Positions 1 to 8,593 of a stretch of DNA of 64,000 bases are shown piece by piece. A program made the translations under genes and the position numbers. This DNA comes from an uncultured delta proteobacterium (GTDB taxonomy: Bacteria; Desulfobacterota; Desulfomonilia; Desulfomonilales; Desulfomonilaceae). How positions within the stretch are numbered: the first letter of the stretch is position 1; each line of letters begins with the position of its first letter. The notes under the pieces were generated by a model that saw nothing but the letters and a program-made list of their open reading frames with translations, was not told the origin of the DNA and searched no databases. The stretch is from positions 64,001 to 128,000 of the forward strand of contig CAWBKB010000005.1 of NCBI GenBank assembly GCA_963789265.1, in the 5' to 3' direction.

Positions 1-324
1 TATCACGGGGGAGCCGGCGGAAAGATTTTTTTGACTGCAAAATCCGGCACTTTAGACCGCAAGAGCAGTGATGTTTCCGCCTGTGGAGACGTAACCATTC
101 AGTACAAGAATTTTCTCTTCTCGACAGGTGAACTGGATTACTCGCATAAGAAGCGACTCGCTGAGACATCCTCCCCGGTATCTTTGGAAGGCGGAGACCT
201 TCGCCTGACCGGGAAAGGGTTGAAGGTGTCGGTGGACCGCGAAGAGATGGTAATCGAGGATGATGTTAGGGCCCGTCTTTTCAACGTAAAGTGGGTGGAG
301 CCCAACGGACGACTGCCCATGTGA
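1..324 (+). CDS. lptC: LPS export ABC transporter periplasmic protein LptC (5'-truncated by window edge)
   Basis: Frame is open from base 1. Beta-jellyroll-like sequence (TAKSGTLD...GDVTI...TGELDY...LTGKGL), directly upstream of lptA-lptB-rpoN. Confidence 0.8.
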   Translation, partial: YHGGAGGKIFLTAKSGTLDRKSSDVSACGDVTIQYKNFLFSTGELDYSHKKRLAETSSPVSLEGGDLRLTGKGLKVSVDREEMVIEDDVRARLFNVKWVEPNGRLPM

Positions 325-340
325 CAGGGAGAGACTCCCA

Positions 341-943
341 ATGATGCACAAAATGGCCGGCATGATGGTCTTTCTGGTTATTGGCTGTCTATTGACCGGA
401 GCGCAAGCAGCCAACGAGTATCTTTCGCTCGGCAAGGGCTCGGACCAACCTATCAAAATCAGGTCTAAGAAAGCCAGCGCAAAAATGACACCTGACGGAA
501 AGGAAGTTACTTTCTGGGAGAACGTGAGGGTGAATCAGGGCGATGTGGCCTTGACCTGCGATAGGCTGGTCGTTCTCTACGACGAGAAGACGGGACGCGG
601 GGCGACCGAAGAAAGAGCAAGAAAGCTTCCCCTGGACCTGGAAAAAGTCAGTCATATCAAGTCAATTACGGCATCAGGCAATGTGAAGATCGTTCAAGAC
701 CAACGGATGGCCGTAGCCGGTAAGGCCCTGTACGATAACGTGAAGCGGACCATCACGCTTACGGAGGGACCCCCTCGTCTCTGGCAGGGCCCGGACGTGA
801 TGATTGCCGATACCATTGTCGTCTACCTCGATGAGAACCGTGTAGACGTCCGGAGCCGAGACGGGAAAGACAACGGCATCAGACTCGAAATAAATCCCGA
901 TAAGCCAAAGAAGGAGAAGTTGACGCGGAAACGAGGGAACTGA
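341..943 (+). CDS. lptA: LPS transport periplasmic protein LptA (OstA family)
   Basis: Signal peptide, ENVRVNQG / ASGNVKIVQ / ITLTEGPPRLWQG OstA-type motifs, and synteny with lptC/lptB. Confidence 0.88.
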   Translation: MMHKMAGMMVFLVIGCLLTGAQAANEYLSLGKGSDQPIKIRSKKASAKMTPDGKEVTFWENVRVNQGDVALTCDRLVVLYDEKTGRGATEERARKLPLDLEKVSHIKSITASGNVKIVQDQRMAVAGKALYDNVKRTITLTEGPPRLWQGPDVMIADTIVVYLDENRVDVRSRDGKDNGIRLEINPDKPKKEKLTRKRGN

Positions 944-1653
944 AGGCTCAAGGTTTGGTAAAGGAATACGGAGGCCAACGCGTGGTAAATGACGTGAGCA
1001 TCCGTATTCGTTCAGGCCAGGTTGTGGGTTTACTTGGTCCAAATGGAGCCGGTAAGACGACCACGTTCTATATAATCACTGGGCTGGTAAAACCGGACAA
1101 GGGTGAAGTTTACCTGGACGACCAGGAAATATCCCAACTCCCGGTGTACCTGCGGGCTCGACTGGGGATAAATTATTTGCCCCAGGAGACCTCTGTTTTC
1201 CGGAAGCTTACTGTGGGCGAAAACATCATGGCCATTCTTGAAACCGTGGAATCAGACAGAATTCGCCGTAATGCAAGGCTTGAAGAACTACTGGCAGAGC
1301 TGGACATCGCTGCCTTGAAAGACCAGAGAGCTGACAGCCTCTCCGGAGGTCAGAAAAGGCGGCTGGAAATCACTCGTGCCCTTGTAACCGACCCGGATTT
1401 CATTCTACTGGATGAGCCGTTTGCAGGACTGGATCCGATTGTGGTTTTGGAGATCCAGAAGATCATTGCAAAGCTCAGAGATCGCGGAATAGGAGTTGTG
1501 ATTACCGATCACAACACTAGAGAGACCCTTGGCGTTTGTGATATGATATATCTTCTGGATAAAGGCCGAATCCTCGAACACGGAAATCCCCAAGCTATAG
1601 CGTCCAGCGAACGCGCCAGAGAAATCTACCTCGGCAAACAATTCAGTATGTGA
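931..1653 (+). CDS. lptB: LPS export ABC transporter ATP-binding protein LptB
   Basis: Walker A GPNGAGKTT, YLPQE, LSGGQ, LLDEPFAG and ITDH motifs. The conserved N-terminus (RELKAQGLVKEY) begins at ACG 931; the first canonical start is TTG 955. Confidence 0.93.
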   Translation, partial: TRELKAQGLVKEYGGQRVVNDVSIRIRSGQVVGLLGPNGAGKTTTFYIITGLVKPDKGEVYLDDQEISQLPVYLRARLGINYLPQETSVFRKLTVGENIMAILETVESDRIRRNARLEELLAELDIAALKDQRADSLSGGQKRRLEITRALVTDPDFILLDEPFAGLDPIVVLEIQKIIAKLRDRGIGVVITDHNTRETLGVCDMIYLLDKGRILEHGNPQAIASSERAREIYLGKQFSM

Positions 1654-1657
1654 CCAA

Positions 1658-3091
1658 ATGGCACTTGAGATAAAACAGCAGTTGCGTCAGACCCAGCAAC
1701 TGGTTATGACGCCCCAACTACAGCAAGCAATCAAGCTTCTTCAATATAATCATCTCGAAGTCCTTGATGCTGTGGACCAAGAACTGAAGGAGAACCCTCT
1801 CCTGGAGGCCTCCTCATACGACGAACCCTTCTCTGAAGATGAATCCGACGTAAGGAACGATCTCAGCTCTCTCGAGGATCTCGCAAGAGAACCGGAGACT
1901 CCCGATCAGGGAGACATTTTCGACGTAGATTGGGAAAATTACTTGGAGAGCTATGGAGGCGACTATGCTCCGGCACAAAGGGATTATGAAAACCGACCGC
2001 CTCTTGAAAATATGGTCACTTACCAGGAGACCCTGTTTCAATATCTTCTGCACCAGCTTCAACTCAGTCACATCGAGGGCGATGACCGAAGAATAGCCTT
2101 AGAAATTATTGGTAATGTGGACGAAAACGGTTACCTCGACGCGGAACTTCAAGAGCTGGCGGCTTCTTTGGAAGTTCCATTAGAAGATGTCGAGCGAATA
2201 TTGGCAGAAGTTCAGAAATTCGACCCTCGCGGTGTCGCTGCACGTAATTTCAAAGAATGCCTGATTATACAGATTAAGGCCCTCGATCCGCCTCATCCTC
2301 TGGCCGAGCGGATTCTCGATGAGACCTTTGAACTCTTCCAGCAAGGAAAACTTGACCACGTGGCCCGAAAACTTAAGGTTTCCCTCGATGAAGTAAAGGA
2401 GGCCGCGAAAGTCATCTGCTCTGCCGACCCCAAGCCGGGCAGACCTTTTGTGAGTTCTGACACCGTTTATGTTGTCCCCGACATTTATGTGGTACGAACA
2501 GGAAAAGACTACACGGTTGTACTCAACGACGATGGGCTGCCCAGGCTCAAAATAAGCTCCTTTTACCAAAGGGAACTGCACTCCAACGGTTGCTCTTCGG
2601 TCACGAAGGATTATATTCAAGAGAAGATGCGAGGGGCAATGTGGCTGATCAAGAGCATTCATCAGCGACAGAGGACCATTAACCGGGTTGCTCAGTCCAT
2701 TATTAAATTTCAGCGAGAGTTCTTTGATAAGGGGATTGATTATCTCAGGCCGCTGATTTTGAAAGATGTGGCGGATGACATTGAGATGCATGAATCGACC
2801 ATAAGCCGCGTTACCACCAACAAGTACATGCATACTCCGCGTGGCATCTTCGAACTCAAATACTTCTTCAATTCGGGAATACGACATGGGAACGATGCTG
2901 TGGCGTCGGAGTCTGTGAAGAATCAAATCTTACGCATTGTGAAAAACGAAAATCCGAAAAAGCCGGCCAGCGACAAACAAATAGTGGAGGAGTTGGCTAA
3001 GTGCGAAATACATATTGCCCGACGCACCATAGCTAAGTACAGAGAATTAATGGGTATACAGCCATCAAGTAAGCGAAGAAAGAAATTCTGA
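1658..3091 (+). CDS. rpoN: RNA polymerase sigma-54 factor
   Basis: Gln/Leu-rich region I (QLVMTPQLQQAIKLLQ), HESTISR HTH and RpoN box ARRTIAKYR. Confidence 0.98.
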   Translation: MALEIKQQLRQTQQLVMTPQLQQAIKLLQYNHLEVLDAVDQELKENPLLEASSYDEPFSEDESDVRNDLSSLEDLAREPETPDQGDIFDVDWENYLESYGGDYAPAQRDYENRPPLENMVTYQETLFQYLLHQLQLSHIEGDDRRIALEIIGNVDENGYLDAELQELAASLEVPLEDVERILAEVQKFDPRGVAARNFKECLIIQIKALDPPHPLAERILDETFELFQQGKLDHVARKLKVSLDEVKEAAKVICSADPKPGRPFVSSDTVYVVPDIYVVRTGKDYTVVLNDDGLPRLKISSFYQRELHSNGCSSVTKDYIQEKMRGAMWLIKSIHQRQRTINRVAQSIIKFQREFFDKGIDYLRPLILKDVADDIEMHESTISRVTTNKYMHTPRGIFELKYFFNSGIRHGNDAVASESVKNQILRIVKNENPKKPASDKQIVEELAKCEIHIARRTIAKYRELMGIQPSSKRRKKF

Positions 3092-3134
3092 GTCAAAGGA
3101 CCGCGAGCCAAGGTCCTTCTAAGGAGGTAACTCT

Positions 3135-3677
3135 ATGCAACTTTCTGTGACCTTTAGACATTTGGAATCATCTGACGCCCTGAAGCATTACGTTCAAGAA
3201 AGAACCTCACGACTGACCAAGTACATAGACAGACCTTTGGAAAGCCAGGTTACCCTCTCGGTACAAAAGTTCATGCAGACAGCCGACGTGGTAATCAACG
3301 CCGACGGAATCCGTATTGCCGGCCAAGAGTCTCATGAAGATATGTATGCCGCTATAGATTTGGTCATGGACAAAATCGAGCGCCAGGTAAAGAAGTACAA
3401 GGGCAAAATCAGGAAACATAAACCATCTCAGGGAAAACAAATCACGTGGCGTCGAGACATCTACGAACAGGAGAGCTTCGAGGATGACCGGGAACCGGTG
3501 GTGGTGCGGACAGAAAACTATTTCGTTAAACCAATGTCCGTGGACGAGGCGGCAATGCAGATGGATCTGTCGCAACAGGAGTTTCTCGTGTTCAACAATG
3601 CTTCCACACAGACGGTAAACGTGCTATATCGGCGCAAAGATGGCAACTACGGTCTCATAGTCCCGCAGTCGTCTTAG
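3135..3677 (+). CDS. hpf: Ribosome hibernation promoting factor (long HPF / RaiA, sigma-54 modulation protein)
   Basis: DMYAAIDLVMDKIERQ plus C-terminal KPMSVDEAAMQM...NVLYRRKDGNYGLI domain; RBS AAGGAGG; follows rpoN. Confidence 0.95.
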   Translation: MQLSVTFRHLESSDALKHYVQERTSRLTKYIDRPLESQVTLSVQKFMQTADVVINADGIRIAGQESHEDMYAAIDLVMDKIERQVKKYKGKIRKHKPSQGKQITWRRDIYEQESFEDDREPVVVRTENYFVKPMSVDEAAMQMDLSQQEFLVFNNASTQTVNVLYRRKDGNYGLIVPQSS

Positions 3678-3898
3678 CAGTGAAATAAGAGCCTTCAGAC
3701 TGTCCGATGAGTGCAACTGCAATCGGACAAACCGCCCGGTTAAAGAGAGAACTCTGAACCGGGCAATGTATATCACGGTGGATTGCCGGCTGAAGCGGAA
3801 CTGGTATCCATTACGGCCATTAAGCCTTGCTCCGATTGAATCGGTGAGGGATCCGGTTTCGATTGAGGAGTTGGGCGGCTACCCTTAGAGTATCGTAT

Positions 3899-4363
3899 AT
3901 GAGAATTCTTGATTTCCTTCGTCCTGAAGCAATAATTTCATCACTGGAAGCCGACTCGAAAGCGGAAGTCCTCGAGCAACTTGTCGAACCTATTGCTAAA
4001 TCGAACCCCAGCATGGACAAGTCTCTTCTGGTCGAAACTCTGATCGAGCGGGAAAACCTTGGAAGCACCGGCATTGGCGGGGGGGTGGCCATTCCTCACG
4101 GGAAGTTCGACGGTCTTGGCGGGCTCGTGGCCAGTTTCGGAAAAAGCTCCAAAGGCATAAATTTCTGCTCCATGGATCACAGGCCGGCGTTTTTGTTTTT
4201 CCTTCTCATTGCCCCAAAAGATTCGGCCGGCGAGCATCTTAAAGCATTGGCCCGGATCTCACGGCTGTTCAAAGATCCCCTGTTGAAGAGCAGTCTTCAA
4301 CACGCAACATCCGCAGGGGAGATTTACGGTATCCTGCAAGATTACGACTCACGGCTGCCCTGA
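3899..4363 (+). CDS. ptsN: PTS IIA-Ntr-like protein
   Basis: ERENLGSTGIGGGVAIPHG phospho-His motif, HLKALARISR, rpoN-operon context; start taken at ATG 3899. Confidence 0.92.
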   Translation: MRILDFLRPEAIISSLEADSKAEVLEQLVEPIAKSNPSMDKSLLVETLIERENLGSTGIGGGVAIPHGKFDGLGGLVASFGKSSKGINFCSMDHRPAFLFFLLIAPKDSAGEHLKALARISRLFKDPLLKSSLQHATSAGEIYGILQDYDSRLP

Positions 4364-4380
4364 TTCATTTCGGTGAATTT

Positions 4381-4986
4381 CTACAACTTCGCGAAATTAG
4401 CTAGGATCTTTAAGCCGTTCTCTTGGCTCTTCTCGGGATGAAACTGAACCGCGAAGATGTTGTCCCGGGTCACAGCGCAAGTAAATGTGATTCCGTACTG
4501 GGTTTCGCCTGCCACGTCCGCGCTGTCGTCCGGAAGCACATAATAGGAATGCACAAAATAAAAGTGGCAGCCATCCGGAATCCCTCGAAAGATCGGGACA
4601 TCCTTACGGAAGAATACCTGGTTCCATCCCATGTGAGGTATCTTCAAATCCATATTACGGTTGAACTCTTTTACTGCTCCTCGAATTACTTTCAAACCTT
4701 CATGAAGGCCGAATTCTTCAGATTCGTCAAATAGGAGTTGTAGCCCCAAACAGATTCCGAGAAAAGGACGCCTTGATTTGATAAATTCCAAAATCGGTTC
4801 GACTAAATTCAGGCGGGACAGATTCTTCATGCATTCCGGAAATGCCCCCACGCCCGGTAAGACAAGGGCATCGGCTTTTCGGATCTCTTCGGGGTCCCTT
4901 GCGATCACGGCACGGGACCCTATTCGTTCGAATCCCTTCTGAACGCTTCGCAAATTTCCCATCCCATAGTCGACGATAACTATCAT
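4381..4986 (-). CDS. hisH: Imidazole glycerol phosphate synthase glutaminase subunit
   Basis: DYGMGNLRSV, LPGVGAF, GICLG, PHMGWN and QFHPEKS motifs. Confidence 0.97.
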   Translation of the reverse strand: MIVIVDYGMGNLRSVQKGFERIGSRAVIARDPEEIRKADALVLPGVGAFPECMKNLSRLNLVEPILEFIKSRRPFLGICLGLQLLFDESEEFGLHEGLKVIRGAVKEFNRNMDLKIPHMGWNQVFFRKDVPIFRGIPDGCHFYFVHSYYVLPDDSADVAGETQYGITFTCAVTRDNIFAVQFHPEKSQENGLKILANFAKL

Positions 4987-5028
4987 CAAGACCTCGACCA
5001 AATTCGAAATACGATTTGTTATTATAAC

Positions 5029-5649
5029 CTATTCTAGTATTCCTTTGGTGGAAGGCACACCTGCGACTCTGGGGTCCAGCTCTACGGCTTGACGTAATGC
5101 CCGGCCTAGAGCCTTGAAAATTGCTTCGGCCGCGTGATGAGGATTGTCCGCGGCATGCACCGTTGCATGCAGAGTCACGCCGGCGCGATCTGCCATGGCT
5201 TGAAGGAACACCGGCACGAGGTCCAGAGAGAACCCGCCGGCACTTCTACCTCCCAGCGGGTTGGAAAACACCAAAAGAGGGCGCCCGGAAAGATCGATTG
5301 CCACCGATGCCAGGGCTTCATCCATAGGGAGCATGGCAAATCCGTATCTCCGAATTCCTTGCTTGTCTTCAAGGGCCTTCCTCAGAGCCTCCCCAAAGCA
5401 GAGTCCCACATCTTCCACGGTGTGATGGTGGTCAACGTGGAGGTCACCCTTGGCTGTGATGTCCAGGTCCAGGAGTCCGTGTCGAGCAATATGATCCAAC
5501 ATGTGATCCAAGAAGCCGATTCCCGTGGAAATGCGCGCTCTTCCTGTCCCCTCCAGAGCTACCTTTATATGCACATTCGTCTCGGCTGTTTTGCGAGAAA
5601 TTTCGGCCTCTCTGATGACAGTCCGCTTTTCGACCGGTCTACGCGTCAC
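5029..5649 (-). CDS. hisB: Imidazoleglycerol-phosphate dehydratase
   Basis: FLDHML, DHHHTVED, NPHHAAEA and PSTKG motifs. Confidence 0.97.
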   Translation of the reverse strand: MTRRPVEKRTVIREAEISRKTAETNVHIKVALEGTGRARISTGIGFLDHMLDHIARHGLLDLDITAKGDLHVDHHHTVEDVGLCFGEALRKALEDKQGIRRYGFAMLPMDEALASVAIDLSGRPLLVFSNPLGGRSAGGFSLDLVPVFLQAMADRAGVTLHATVHAADNPHHAAEAIFKALGRALRQAVELDPRVAGVPSTKGILE

Positions 5650-6911
5650 AATATTTCGTCCTTTTCACGTCGGATGTCCGCCCCAAGATTTGATAGCTTA
5701 TCTTCGATATGCTCGTAACCACGATCCAAGTGGTAGACCCTGTGAATTTCGGTTGCTCCTTCCGCGGCCAAACCCGCCAGGATCAGCGACGCGCTGGCCC
5801 GGAGATCTGTGGCTTGAACATGCGCACCTGAGAGTTTGCCAACACCATCAATTTTGGCGGTTCGTCCTGTTACCCTTATGCGAGCACCCATACGCATCAG
5901 TTCCTGAACATGCATAAAGCGGTTTTCGAAAACGTTTTCGGTAATCTGGGCCTGGGCGTTCCCTAAGGCCATAAGGGCCATGTATTGCGCCTGAAAGTCG
6001 GTTGCAAATCCGGGATAAGGGTCAGTAACGACATCACGACTCTTTATTGCCCCGTTGGAAGCGACCCTGACCTCATGTTCGGAAACGTCCACTTTCAGTC
6101 CGGCTTCTTCGAGTTTTTCGAGCAAAGCTTCCAGGTGGTTCGACTCGCAATCGCATACTCGGATGTCTCCGCGAGTGATCGCAGCGGCCATCATGTACGT
6201 GCCCGCCTCGATCCGATCCGGCATCAATTTGTGAACCGTTCCGTGAAGAGAGCCTTTTCCTTCTATCACCAAGGTGTCAGTGCCCGCCCCCTCGACGCTG
6301 CCGCCCATCTTGTTGATGACCTCGGCAAGTTCTGTTACTTCCGGCTCGATGGCACAGTTGCGGAGTATGGTGGTTCCACGGGCCAGGGCTGCCGCCATCA
6401 TGAGGTTTTCCGTACCAGTGACTGTCTTGAGGTCAAATGTAAAGTCGGTTCCTTTAAGTTTTCGGGACCGGGCTTGTACGTAACCATTTCGAAGTTCGAT
6501 GGTTGCGCCCATAGCTGCCAGTCCTTTGAGATGCTGGTCGATAGGCCTGGCCCCAATGGCACACCCCCCGGGAAGGCTTACGTCCGCCCTTCCTACTCGA
6601 GCCATCAAAGGACCCAAGACCATGACCGAAGCCCTCATGGTTTTCACAAGCTCGTAGGGGGCCGTATGATCTGCAAGCTCCCTGGCCTTGATCCTCAGCG
6701 CTCCGGTCGTTACGTCATCAAGCTGAACGCCGAGATGCAGCAATAATTGCTTGGTGGTTCGGATATCTTTGAGTGCCGGGACCCGCTGGAAGACCATCTC
6801 TTCCTCGGACAATAAAGAAGCGCACAAAGCAGGCAAAGCTGCATTCTTCGAGCCGCTGATTTCGACCGTTCCTCTCAGTGGTACGCCTCCGCGGATCACA
6901 ATCTTTTCCAT
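5646..6911 (-). CDS. murA: UDP-N-acetylglucosamine 1-carboxyvinyltransferase
   Basis: GSKNAALP, LPGGCAIGARP (catalytic Cys), ENRFMHV and DLRAS motifs. Confidence 0.98.
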   Translation of the reverse strand: MEKIVIRGGVPLRGTVEISGSKNAALPALCASLLSEEEMVFQRVPALKDIRTTKQLLLHLGVQLDDVTTGALRIKARELADHTAPYELVKTMRASVMVLGPLMARVGRADVSLPGGCAIGARPIDQHLKGLAAMGATIELRNGYVQARSRKLKGTDFTFDLKTVTGTENLMMAAALARGTTILRNCAIEPEVTELAEVINKMGGSVEGAGTDTLVIEGKGSLHGTVHKLMPDRIEAGTYMMAAAITRGDIRVCDCESNHLEALLEKLEEAGLKVDVSEHEVRVASNGAIKSRDVVTDPYPGFATDFQAQYMALMALGNAQAQITENVFENRFMHVQELMRMGARIRVTGRTAKIDGVGKLSGAHVQATDLRASASLILAGLAAEGATEIHRVYHLDRGYEHIEDKLSNLGADIRREKDEIL

Positions 6912-7174
6912 GACTCCTCTTTTCTCTCAGCCCTGGTGGACGCGTATACCCCTCACCATTTGGGGTCCGGCCGCCGGGTATATATTCACCTTCAAATAGC
7001 CGCAAGACATCGGGCAAAACGTCTTCGGTGGCTGTATACCATCTTCGGAGGGCATGTGCAACAGATTCAACCGGACTGCCGAACCTGAGATGATCGGCAA
7101 AGCTCTGTTTGGAGAAGAACGTTCCGTGGCCAACCACAATGGCGTCAACGTCATGGACGTTGGTGCCTACAAAC

Positions 7175-7204
7175 TTGACATTCCTCAAATTCGGCAAATA
7201 TCGT
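7175..7204 (+). promoter_or_regulatory. Putative sigma-70 promoter
   Basis: TTGACA (7175-7180), 18 nt spacer, TATCGT (7199-7204). Confidence 0.5.
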
Positions 7205-7265
7205 GCCAGTGGCTCCTGTCTGCGCAAGGCCGTCCTGAACCGCAGATCGGCGAAGTCAAAGCTAG

Positions 7266-7290
7266 TGGTGTGACTTTTGCACCATTTTTT
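7266..7290 (+). terminator. Intrinsic terminator-like hairpin
   Basis: TGGTGTGA-CTT-TTGCACCA stem (two G.U pairs) followed by T6. Confidence 0.5.
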
Positions 7291-7569
7291 ACCATCTTTC
7301 CTTCTCTAAAACTGTACGATCAGGCGAAGCCCGGAGAGGTGACTCTCGTGGGAAGTTCTGAAACGCCTTTCAGAATAGAGAAATGCTTGTAATCAGCCCA
7401 CGGATCGTACACCAATGGGCTCAAAGGGGGAGATAATTTAGCGTCACTGGTTCTCTTCGCAGCCCCTTCCAACCTGGGATGAGGCTGTTGAGTGAGTCAT
7501 CAGCGCGTTTTTTTGTCGGCTGGAATACTTGGCCGGCCGCAGATTTCTCAAATGGAAGGAGATCGTTAG

Positions 7570-7854
7570 ATGACGAAACCTGAAATCGTGGCTTTCATTG
7601 CCGAACGAGCTGAGATTAGCAAAAAAGCCGCTACCGCTGTCCTGGACACCATCGTTGACACCATCCACTCCGCACTGAAAGCAAAAGAAGGAAGGATACG
7701 AATTTCTGCCCTTGGAACTTTCAGAGTAGTCCAAATGAATGCCCGCAGAGGAGTTAATCCGCGCACGGGCAAGAAAATGACGATTCCAGCCATGAGGGTT
7801 CCCCGGTTTTCTCCTGCCAAAGCCCTCAAGGAGACAGTCCGAGGAAAAAAATAG
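7570..7854 (+). CDS. hup: HU family DNA-binding protein
   Basis: 94 aa; MTKPEI, LGTF, ARRGVNPRTG and PRFSPAKALK motifs; RBS AAGGAG. Confidence 0.93.
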   Translation: MTKPEIVAFIAERAEISKKAATAVLDTIVDTIHSALKAKEGRIRISALGTFRVVQMNARRGVNPRTGKKMTIPAMRVPRFSPAKALKETVRGKK

Positions 7855-7970
7855 TTGCTGGACGTCCTCGGATGTGGGAATATCACTCTGCATTCATATT
7901 TCGCCGAAAAGACGTGATAGGCATAATTGCCGGGCTCTTTTGTGAAGTGTAGACGTTTTGGGAGGGAGGA

Positions 7971-8549
7971 ATGTCCTGTTCGAGGGGACTTTTCGGCGCG
8001 GCAGGGGTCGCGGTCCTTGTGCTGGGCCTGGTGGGGACTTCCTGGGCCTTTAGCATGCGTTACGCAATGTACGGTCGAGCAAGAGTGGTGCGGGTGGAGT
8101 CACCCAATCTGCTGATCGTGAAAATGCTCGACCGAGGCTCCATAATCCCTATCCGTCTGCTCGGAGTAGGGTCGCCGCTCAACCGAGATCGAATAAAGCA
8201 TCTCAGTCCGGAGATCTTCCTTTACATAAGGAAGAACGATCTGTGGAAGATCTCGCGTGAGTACGTCCAATCCCTTCTGAAGAAGAGGGTGGTGGAAGTC
8301 TGGGATAGGAAGTGGGATCGGTTCGACGACAAACATCGATTGCTCGCTTATATTTTGATCCCGAACCGAGCCAACGCCCCTTTGGATCTGAATGGTGAAA
8401 TCATAAGAAACGGTTTGGGTTTTGTGACTAGAGACTATGTGCACGTTACCTTCGCGACTTACAGGCACTTTGAGGAGAACGCAAAGAAGAATCATCGCGG
8501 GATCTGGAAGGGGCTCTCCATGAGCCGCCTTTCCTCATTGAAGCAGTAG
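7971..8549 (+). CDS. Secreted thermonuclease (SNase)-fold protein, active site apparently degenerate
   Basis: Signal peptide, IRLLGV, DDKHRLLAY, LNGEIIRNG and AKKNHRGIW match the SNase layout; the DGDT and D-x-PE acids are missing. Confidence 0.7.
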   Translation: MSCSRGLFGAAGVAVLVLGLVGTSWAFSMRYAMYGRARVVRVESPNLLIVKMLDRGSIIPIRLLGVGSPLNRDRIKHLSPEIFLYIRKNDLWKISREYVQSLLKKRVVEVWDRKWDRFDDKHRLLAYILIPNRANAPLDLNGEIIRNGLGFVTRDYVHVTFATYRHFEENAKKNHRGIWKGLSMSRLSSLKQ

Positions 8550-8593
8550 CGCGTCCAGTGTTATGAATTGAAACATTCCTGCCGCCGCGGTGC

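Noticed and set aside
7054..7392. 112-aa ORF between murA and hup
   Set aside because: No recognisable motif, SD-like GGAGGG is only 1 nt from the ATG, and it spans a promoter and a terminator.
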